This document shows positions 54,019 to 64,000 of a stretch of DNA of 64,000 bases, piece by piece. This DNA is from the human T2T-CHM13v2.0 reference genome, Homo sapiens, in the NCBI RefSeq assembly GCF_009914755.1, contig NC_060927.1, one strand, 5' to 3'. A program made the position numbers and the translations under genes. Each line of letters starts with the position of its first letter. Position 1 is the first letter of the stretch. The notes beneath the pieces were generated by a model. That model searched no databases, was not told the DNA's origin, and saw only the letters and a program-made list of their open reading frames with translations.

Positions 54019-54639
54019 AGTAAACTATAGTTATTCCTCCATCTATTTGAGATAACTTTTTGTCCTCCCAATAGGCTAAAATTGATTACCTACCATTCAA
54101 TTCTGTTTCAAGTGTCACAGTTACTTTAAATTCCAGTTTACTTTGGTATTGATAAAGGAGGAAGAAACCAGTCTCTCCTGCTATTTTCTTATCTGATGAG
54201 CCTCAAAATTGTAGACACAATGAAAAATGCATAGATTTATTGAGTTCTTTTGTTACTCCTATATCAATAATGACTCTCTAATTTACTTGTTATTAGCCAG
54301 AATAGAAAGCTTTCTGTTAATCAAATTTACATTTAGCAGCAATGAGATGAGTATAATTGTTTATTCCAAGTGGTATCTCCATACACTTTTAGTAAAAACT
54401 AGAATTGTAATACAATTTAGAAAATATATTTTAAAAAGTTTGATACATGCCCTTCATTTGTTAAAACATGTATGATTACATATTATAAAAACACATTTTA
54501 TATATGTATTTGGACATCATAATAAATAGCAGTGAAGACCAGCAGCTTTGAAACCAGAGCAACTAAGATATTAGTATAAGCTGTACTTAAAAGACCTATA
54601 AGTATTCAGGTTGAATAACCAGCACCATGCCTGTGTTTT

Positions 54640-54795
54640 ACTCCTAAATGTGCCACTCTTAGATTTGTAATCTTAGCATATAGCGCAACAATGCCCATAT
54701 CACAGGGTTATTTTGAGGAGTAATGAATTAATGGAAATAAAATGACTAGACCTAATAATGGTAATTGTAACTGCTCAATAAATGTTAGCTGTTTT
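54640..54795 (+). mobile_element. MIR fragment
   Basis: 'atcacagggttattttgaggagtaatga...tgctcaataaatgttagct'. Confidence 0.6.
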
Positions 54796-57052
54796 GTACT
54801 AATACTATTGCAGAATTTTTGGGAACACAGCTAAACTAGCTCTAACTTTACAAATACTTTGAGTATGTGAGTGCCTAGTGAAGGATATGGAGTCATTCCT
54901 ACCCCATGATGTTTCCTGAAATTTTCTCACTAGAAATTGGTCCCTCTGGATTTGAAGATTTTTTGGTTTCATATATCCTCTAATAATATGCCATGGATGA
55001 ACCATTGTAAGAAATGATCAGCTTACTCTTTCAGGATGAAATTGTCAACTCACCAAAAGTCATTATGTGTGCAGGGGAGGACAAGCGCTCACTGGTTGCC
55101 TTGAAGCTGGTGACCCTGAAAGGTGAAATGGAGCTAGAAACAAAGTTGTTCTAGTTTTCAGTATTGATTTGAACTTAATAGAATTAGAGATTTCCTAATA
55201 TTGTACTCTTTTCAACAGTCCACATTCATGTTAGATTCTCTTTCATTCATCATTAGTCAAACAGTCTGACATTTTTACACACACACACACATATATAGTA
55301 TATGTAATATTTTTGTGAATTATCATTTGGTCACAAAATTACTGATGAGTATTTCTTAGATGACATTGAGTTTTCACTGTACCAAAGAAATAATAAAAAG
55401 GAGTGTTGGTACTAACGTAATACGTAAGTCTCACAAGTCCTGTTGGCTTCTCTTAATGTAGACCTACTTTAAGCATTGTAAAGTCTATTTCTACCAATGA
55501 AGTACAATAGTAGACATTTTATTTAATCAAATACTCAGGAATTTTACTCTGCCTGTGGGAATTAATTTACTTTAATTATATCAGTCATCCCTGGAGAAGC
55601 CAGTCCTTTGTATATGTCAACTTATAAAAAAATGGTTTCTTAAAAACGTTATATTTATATGATTTTCATGCTAGGTCCACAATATTTCTAACTGAACTTA
55701 TTTTTGCAATAACCACATAGTTTGGGGTAATGACTACCTTCTGGTATTGAAAGATTAAGCAAAAAGGAATGGTGATTGGATGGGAGAAGCAGAAAAAGAA
55801 CACAGAGCAGATAAAGTATTAACATAATCTGTGAGTGAGGAGCTATACATGTTCAAGTTGAATTACTTGCATTCTGACTTATAACAGAAGGATAACTCCT
55901 ACCTACATTTTTCCTGAAAACAGCAAGTAATATATTGCCTAATATTGGAAAGAATCTGTAGTTCTTAGGAACATCAAGCCAGCACAAGAAATTGAGGACA
56001 CTAACTAGGAAAGGAAAAGAGATATTCATTTCAAACTTATAAAAGATAACTTCTACCTTTTTATTTGTATTTTAGCAATTAGTGAAAGCAAAACAATTAA
56101 AATAATTTTACCAAAATAAATCAAGAATAAGGAATATGTTTGATTCTTCCTGTTTAATTAGTTTCAACTAGCATGGGAGTCATTCATATTAGATTCACCT
56201 TTGTGAACTCCTCCTTTCATCTTATTTGAAAGAAATTCAGATCATTATTTTCCTCTTGTTAAATGAGGACATTTTACATTTTTAAATTCCTTGTCTTTAT
56301 ATCTGACAACATCCTTGGCCTAAAAGTTAATGAATTTCTGATTTTTTTTACCATCTGATTAATCTGATTAATGATAGTTGGGAAAAGTATAGACTATTGT
56401 TGAAACAACTAAAATAGCTATAAAACTACTGCATACTGTTTCAGTCACACTTTAAAAAGGGATATTACTGTAACTTTCAGTTGTGTGTGGGTATGAAGTC
56501 TATTAACAATTATCCTATTAATTGGCAAAATCTGAACATAAACTCTTATGGAGTTATATATATATATTATTTAAGTAAAAAATCATAGGCATTAATAAGT
56601 ATCCAAGTTGAAATTTTTCTCTAATAGTTTTTGTATCAAATATATTAGTTTTGTATAGCACTGGTAGGTATATCATGGGTCATTTCTGTCTCTGCAAATA
56701 AAAATAATTTTCAAAGAACAAATTACACAGTAAAAATTCTTCACTGGTAATTTAAAATTCAATCTGTAAATAATATAAGTACCAATACAAATTAATAACT
56801 ATATTTTGATATTTAAATTATTGATATTTTTATAATTCCTGGTTATTTTTTTCCCTTCCACACAGCCTAACCTATAGATATTGTAAACAGCTTTTCTGAC
56901 TGTTCAGTGAGCGAATTGTGCTTTTCTAATGCCTTCACGTCGAGGTCATGACCAGGAAGAATCTCAGCCATCATTTTCCCAGTTAGATTTACTTTTCCTT
57001 AAATAATATTATATGAGTCATCTTTCTTTAAAAATTATTTTTCCATCATTTT

Positions 57053-57435
57053 TTGGTACTAAATTGTGTTCTCCCAAATTTGTATGTTGAAGCCCTAACC
57101 CCCATGTGACTGTATTTGGAGACAGGGTCTTTAAATGTAATTAAAGGTAAATGAGTTTATAAGGGTGAGGTCTCAAACCGACAGGGCTAGTGTTTAAGGG
57201 AAAGAGACATCACAGAGCTCTCTTTCTTTCTGCATTTTCAGAGGAAAGGCCATGTGAGGACATAAGAAGAAGCTGCTGTCTACAAGATAGGAGAAGAAGC
57301 CTCACCAGAAACCAGTCCGGCTGGCACCTTAATCTTGGACTTTTCATTTTTAGAACTGTGAGAGAATAAATTTTTGTTGTTTAACACTCATAGTCTGTAG
57401 TCTTATATTATAGCCACCCAAGAAGACTAATAATA
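57053..57435 (+). mobile_element. MLT1B/A-like LTR
   Basis: 'tatgttgaagccctaacccccatgtgactgtatttggagacagggtcttt', 'ggccatgtgaggaca', 'ggcaccttaatcttggactt'. Confidence 0.8.
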
Positions 57436-58750
57436 TTACTAATATTACAGCCAATCTCCTTAAAGATAATGTTTTTAAGAACCATAATTAAATGCTTCTA
57501 TATATTTTCTGGAATTCTCTTTTCTGTCTTCCATAATTGACCAGTTACCCCAAATTTATTTTACCTTCTTCTTCCTCTTTTTTACTCACCTACTATATTA
57601 GCCTTGTTTTCTTATATTTATAAATTAAAAGAAACACACTATGCAATATAATCAAAGATAATGAAAATGTTTTTACAACCATCGCCATTATTATCAAATT
57701 ACCAATTAGTTGCTATAGCAATACTGCATTACACAATATAAACCAAATGTCTTAAAGCAATTATCATTCTATTAAAACTCAAGATGAAGGATTCAATAAT
57801 GACAAAATCAATGGCAATCTTTACAAAAAAAGTAAAAATTTTAATCTTCAATATGAAAAACATTAAACCAAACCTAATTCTAACAGTAGTTTATACTTTC
57901 TTCAACAATATCATTAATCAGATTGCCCTAATGGTTAAAAAAATAAGAAATTCATTAACTCTTGGGCCAGGGATGTTGTGAGGTATAAAGAAAAGGAATT
58001 TAGAAATGTAAAATGTCCTCATTCAACTATTCTAACCCTGATTGTCATCCACTTTGCTGTCTTTTTTTTTTTTTTAACTTTCTGGGATAGATTAATAAAA
58101 GATATTGACAGTAAGCATAGGACATCTGACATGAAAGGTATGCAAGTTGGAAATTAAAGAAGAAAGTAAGGGCATGCTTCAGAATGTTCACACATCCTTG
58201 AAGTCAGTAAGAGAATGATGGATTCCAAAAGAAGCAGTGATTTTTTTTTATTCCTGCACATGTGCTCCTAGATTTAAAATACAGTTTTATTTTCTAAGAA
58301 ACAGTATAATCTGGGTCCCAAGCACTATTTTTATTTTTGAATGTATCATAATCATAACTAGCATACTTAATCTGCTTCTGAGGCATGAATTACAATAGCA
58401 AGCTGTCCCATGACATCATCATTTTGGGGCGTAGTCCTCTCAAAATAACCACTATCTTTTAAAGTAGAGATTGAGACTTCTTCAGTACATCCACATCTTC
58501 TGATTTTCATCTTACCATTTTCTGACACAAGTGATATCAAAGGTACAGGCAAATATTGGCAAACATGTTGTACAAGTTACATGTTTGCCAAGTTTCTTGA
58601 ACAGTGAAAATTTAGTTCTTAATTTTGGAATACATATGCATGTTTCTCTTTATCAGGTCACTGATAACAATGGTTAATTACAAAATAAAAGTGATCAAAC
58701 AATAAAAAGTTAAAATATCAATGTCAGAAAACAAAAAAAGATTAGTAAAC

Positions 58751-59101
58751 TCTATTAGTCTGTACTCACGCTGCTAATAAAGACATACCCAAGACTGGGT
58801 AATTTATAAAGAAAAGAGGTTTATTTGACTCACAGTTGCACATGGCTAGGGAGGCCTCACAATCATGGCAGAAGGTGAAAGAGAAGCAAAGGCATATCTA
58901 ACACGGCAACAGGCAAGAGACCTTGTACAGCGGAACTCCCATTTATAAAACCATCAGATCTCATGAGACTTACTACCATGAGAAGACTGTGGGGAAAACT
59001 GTCCCTAAGATTTAATTATCTCCACCTGGTTCCACCATGACACATGGGGATTATTACAATTCAAGGTGAGATTTCGGCAGGGATACAGTCAAACCATGTC
59101 A
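58751..59101 (-). mobile_element. THE1 (B/C-like) solo LTR
   Basis: 'tattagtctgtactcacgctgctaataaagacatacccaagactggg...aaaccatgtca'; flanks taaac / taaat. Confidence 0.9.
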
Positions 59102-59327
59102 TAAATCAATGTAGCAGAGGCATTCAGACTGCTGTCTATATAAATACTGGAACACATGCATTTCATGTACACCTAACATAAATTTTCTGCATTTTCCACT
59201 GACCCCAGGAAATGGCTGCCAAATGGCATCATAAATCTTATATTTTTTATTATGGACAACTGCCAAACTGGCTGACACACCACTGGCCAGAAAACAAAGA
59301 AGAGTGGAATTCTTTTACCAAACTTAC

Positions 59328-59487
59328 CAGAGACCAGTAGGAAGTTGTTGTTTCTATCCACCCTTTGAGAACACTTTGTTTCATTCATAAAATGTGTGCA
59401 TGTTGTGCTGAGCAAGTTAGGAGATATTAGTGTATCTGAAGAGTTGGAGAAATGGGCTATTTCTGTTGGCCCTTCTGCTTTAATCAC
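59328..59487 (-). other. Candidate 160-bp spliced exon (probably non-coding)
   Basis: Minus strand: acceptor 'aaacttctcacttcaacag|GTG' and consensus donor 'CTG|gtaagt', in non-repeat sequence. Confidence 0.3.
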
Positions 59488-60042
59488 CTGTTGAAGTGAG
59501 AAGTTTATGTTCACTTTCCTGGATTTCACATGCTATTAGAAAGACAATGACAAAACCTGGAGGTAAAAATGGAGGTCTAGCTAACAAACTCTGATTTATT
59601 AAAAAAAAAAAACTCTTAGTAGAAATATAATAATAAGCTATAAATAAATATATATAAATAATAGCATACTAGGTAATAATTTATTAAAAATGAACAGTCT
59701 TCTAAGTGCTACAAGTAGATGTGTATGCCATCTATACACAGAGTGAATGCATTTATTAAAGAGTGACTAGGAGAACTTTCAGATAATGTTAAATATTACT
59801 AATCATTTAAATATACAGCATCAGTACACATTTTATAGCAAAGCACATCTATTATTTGGATATTATATCGACATAAGTTAGATTTCACATATGCATAAAC
59901 ATTCTGGAATGCTATTTTAACTCACATATTTATGGGCTATTAACTTTTATCACTAGAATTTTAGATAGGTTAAAATCAGAGGGTACCTTTCAAATTCCAT
60001 ATATTTTATAATTTTCAAAATAAGAAATTCTGTAGTAGTCTT

Positions 60043-62326
60043 TGATATGGTTTGGCTCTGTGTCCCCACCCAAATCTCATTTCGAATTGTAATCTGCATT
60101 GTAATCCCCAGGTGTTGAGGAAGGGACCTGCTGGGAGGTGTCTGGATCATGGGGATGGTTCCCCCATTCTGTTCTCATGATAGTAAGTAAGTTCTCATGA
60201 AATCAATGGTTTTATAAGGGGCTCATCCCTCTCTACTCTCACTCTTTCCTGTTGCCATGTAAAATGTGTCTTGTGTGCCCTTCACCTTCTGCCATGATTC
60301 TGAGTTTCCTAAACCCTTTCCAGTCATGCAGAACTGTGAGCCAATTAAACCTTTTTCTTCTTATAAATTACCCAGTCTCGGGTAGTATCTTTATAGCAGT
60401 GTGGGTAAGAACACATACAGTAAATTTGTACTGGTAGAGTGGAGTACTGCTATAAAGATACTTGAAAATGTGGAAGCAACTTTGGAAATGGGTAACGGGC
60501 AGAGGTTGGAATAGTTTGGAGGGCTCAGAAGAAGACAGAAAGAAGTGGGAAAGTTTTGAACTTCCTAGAGACTGTTGAATGGCTTTAACCAAAATGCTGA
60601 TAATGAGGTGGACAATGAAGTCCAGGCTGAGGTGGTCTCAGATGGTGACAAGAAACTTACTGAGACCTGGAGGTCTTTATTGCTATGCTTTAGCAAAAAG
60701 ATTGGTGGCATTTTGCTCTTACCCTGGAGATCTGTGGAACTCTGAACTTGAGAGAGATAATTTAGGATATCTGGTGGAAGAAATTTCTAAGCAGCATACA
60801 AGAGGTGGCAGAGCATAAAAGTTTGAAAAATTTGCAGAGGCTGATGATGTGGTAGAAAAGAAAAACCCATTTTCTGGGGAGAAATTCAAGCCAGCTGACT
60901 AAATTTGCATAAGTAACTAGGAGTTGAATGTTAATCACCAAGACAATGGAGAAAATGTCTCCAGGGCATGCCAGAGATCTTCATGGCAGTCCCTCCTATC
61001 ACAGACCTGGAGGCCTAGAAGGGAAAAAATGGTGTCATGGGCCAAGCCCAGATCCCCGCTGCTGTGCGCAGCCTCAGGACGTGGTGCCCTGCATTCCAGC
61101 CACTCCAGCTCCAGCCATGGCTAAAAGAGGCCAAGGTACATCTCAGGCCATTGCTTCAGAGGTTGCAAGAACCAAGCCTTGGTGGCTTTCATGTGGTGTT
61201 GAGCCTGTGGATGCACAGAAGTCAAGAATTGAGGTTAGGGATCCTTTGCCTAGATTTCAGAGGATGTATGGAAACGCCTGGATGTTCAGGTAAGGGTTTG
61301 CTTCAGGGGTTGAGCCCTAATTGAGAACCTCTGCTAAGGCAGTGTGGAAGGGAAATGTGGGGTTAGAGCCCCCACACAGAGTCCCCACTGGGGCATTTCC
61401 TAGTGCAGCTGTGAGAAGAGGGCCACTGTCCTCCAGACCCCAGAATGGTAGATTCACTGACAGCTTTCACCATGTGCCTGGAAAAGCTGCAGGCAGTCAA
61501 TGTCAGCCCATGAAAGCAGCTGCAGGGGCTGAACCCTGCAAGCCACAGGGGCGGAGCTGCGGAAGGCTGTGGAAGCCCATCATTTCCATCAGCACACCCT
61601 GGATGTGAGACATGAAGTCAAAAGAGATTATTTTTGAGCTTTACAATGTAATGACTGCCCTTCCGGCTTTCAGGCTGCATGGAGCCTGTAGCCCTTTGTT
61701 TTGACCACTGTATCCCATTTGGAATGGAAGCATTTATCCAAGGCCTGTATCCCCATCATATCTTGGATGTAACTGACTTGTTTTTTTTTTTATTTTTATT
61801 TTACAGGCTCATAGGTGGAAGAGATTTGTGTCAGATGAGACCTTAGACCTGGACTTTTGAGTTAATGCTGAAATGAATTAAGACACTTTGGGGTACTGTT
61901 GGGAAGGCTTAATTGTGTTTTGAAATGTGAGGACATGAGATTTGGGAGAGGCCAGAGGCAGAATGATATGGCTTGGCTCTGTGTTCCCACCCAAATCTCA
62001 TCTGTAATTGTAATCTGAATTGTAATCCTCAGTTGCTGAGGGAGGGACCTGGTGGAAAGTACTTGGACCATGGGAGTGGTTTCTCCTATGCTGTTCTTAT
62101 GATAGTGAGTGAGTACTCATGAAATCTGATGTGTTTATAAGAGGCTGTTCCCATTACACTCTCACTCTCTCCTGCTGCCATGTAAGATGTGCCACGTTTG
62201 TAAATTTTCTGGGGCCTCCCAAACCATGTGGGACTGTAAGTCAACTAAACTTCTTTCTTTTATAAATTGCCCAGTCTTGGGTAATATCTTTAGAGCAGTG
62301 TGACAGTGTGAGAATAGACTAACATA
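60043..62326 (+). mobile_element. Full-length THE1D-like MaLR with two LTRs and internal region
   Basis: 5' LTR 60043-60419 'tgatatggtttggctctgtgtcccc'; PPT 'gggagaggccagaggcagaa'; 3' LTR 61964-62326; flanks gtctt / gtcat. Confidence 0.92.
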
Positions 62327-62330
62327 GTCA

Positions 62331-62557
62331 TCCTTCTCCTTTTCCTTCTTCTTCTTCTTCCTCCTCCTCCTCCTCTCCTTCTCCTCCTCCTCCTTCTCCT
62401 CCTCCTCCTTCTCCTTCTCCTCCCCCTTGTCCTTCTCCTTCCCCTTCCCCTTCCTCCTCCTCCTACTTCCCTCCTTCTCCTTCTCCTCCTCCTCCTCCTT
62501 CTTCTTCTCCTTCTTCTTCTCCTTTTTTTCTTCTTCTTCTTCCTCTTCCTCTTCTTC
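62331..62557. repeat. Polypyrimidine (CCT/CTT)n compound microsatellite
   Basis: About 225 bp of almost pure C/T immediately after the THE1 3' LTR. Confidence 0.95.
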
Positions 62558-64000
62558 ATCATAAAAGAGATTAAAGTTTAAAGCTTATTGGGTTAACTTT
62601 ATTTGTCTCCTGTAGCATTCATGGCTGTCATAAATCTAACACCTTATTGGTCTTTTATATCCATAGTGGCACTCAATAGTCAAAAACATCTTCCATAAGG
62701 CTCTAGATAATCTTTGAAAGACATTCAATTAGAAATTTAGGCTGAGTCTCTCTTGTTTGTAAAATTTTGACCTAAGAAAATATAAAAATAGTTCAAATTA
62801 TAATATAATAATTAAACTTAACACTTCTAAATATCATGAATGTTTACATATATATTTGAAAAAACATTACTCCCATTGTGGTATTGTGAATGATAGTTTA
62901 TAACATTTCAAATAGTATTATACCAATCATTAAAACACTAGAAATTTTGATGCTGAATATAATGTCTACATGTTTGTATGTGTATATATACATTTACTTA
63001 CCAAATTATTCAGTGCACACATTTCAGGAGCTATGTAAAATGTGACATTAAAGTATGATCAATATTTATGTGAAATTAGGGTTAAATTACTCTTTACATA
63101 CAAAATTCAAGTGCTAAAAGAAAAATGTGCATCAAAAGCAGCACACAACGCATATTAATATAAAATGAAGTAAATTATTACATCATTGTTGATAATAGCC
63201 TTAGAAATAAAATTTTTTAATGATTTGTTGTATCTATTTATATATAAACAGTATTATAAGGTAATTTATTATTTTAGTAATTATGGTCCCACATATAATA
63301 CAAATAATGGATTCATGGTTGAATACACAGGTGAACTGAAACATTTTCTGTAACATATTGCTTTAATCCTCACTCTGTATTTTAACTAAAACGTCCATTC
63401 TTCTCTACACATTAAAAGAGATTGACAGGCAAACAATATTTAACAAGGATCTGTGATATATGAAATACTCTAGTATAATATCACAGAGCATGAGATTCTA
63501 CTCTTGTAAATTTTGAGACTAACACCTTAAAAAAATAGAAAAAACAACATAGCTTATTGAAATAAAAAATGTTATAAAATTATTTTTGAAGAAAACATCA
63601 AAGTACGAAATAAACTTTGAAAGTTATGTTTGGTTATTTCTGTGTTTTTTATTTAATGGCACTTTGTTGCTTTCAACATTGCCCCTAAGTCTTATGTAAT
63701 TTTATCAGTTATTCTATAATCCTTAGAATTTAACAAAACTTACATAAATTTATTTTCGCTCATTTTAATTGGCAAAGAAATTGAGACCTAAAATAAAAAG
63801 TCATAGCACCTGCTATAAAATATTTATATGTGAATAAAGAGATATCACGATTTCACTGACACAACAGGAAATAAAAGCCTCATTATTTTGTAATATATGT
63901 ACATATTTAGGGTAACTTGTCACTTTTTCAAAATCAAAATATGTATACGTTTACTTTCTTGCATAGTATTTGTGGACAAAATGAATGCAGCTATTTGCAT

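Noticed and set aside
55035-55130. Possible plus-strand exon after 'ttactctttcag'
   Set aside because: The candidate donors are weak and nothing else supports it.
58367-58552. 61-aa minus-strand ORF with an internal GTAAG
   Set aside because: No recognisable homology and no convincing exon structure.
62290-62562. Arg/Lys-rich protamine-like 90-aa ORF
   Set aside because: It is the translation of the GGA/GAA microsatellite.

Overview
AT-rich, repeat-dense primate (human-like) genomic DNA with no supportable protein-coding gene, RNA gene or CRISPR array. It reads as gene desert or deep intron. The supplied ORFs come from tandem repeats, Alu/L1/MaLR sequence or chance, apart from decayed L1 ORF2 pieces. 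Contents: seven Alus; an internally deleted L1PB-like element; a long, multiply interrupted L1MC-like element; a tiny twin-primed L1PA; many MaLR LTRs, including three two-LTR THE1 elements and one MST element within 43.6-62.3 kb; a HERV-L integrase relic; MER93-like ERV1 LTRs; Tigger3, MER58 and piggyBac MER75B DNA transposons; and a 1.3-kb minisatellite built from a perfect 26-bp palindrome. Most worth following up: (1) the palindromic VNTR with a higher-order duplication; (2) a ~460-bp A-tailed, 3'UTR-like insertion in an MLT1A LTR whose first 60 bp copy a sequence 1,140 bp upstream; (3) a well-formed candidate 160-bp minus-strand exon at 59328-59487; (4) DUX4-type motifs in THE1 LTRs. I found no convincing evidence of a novel multi-gene system. 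Repeat subfamily names are from memory of consensus sequences and need RepeatMasker/Dfam confirmation.
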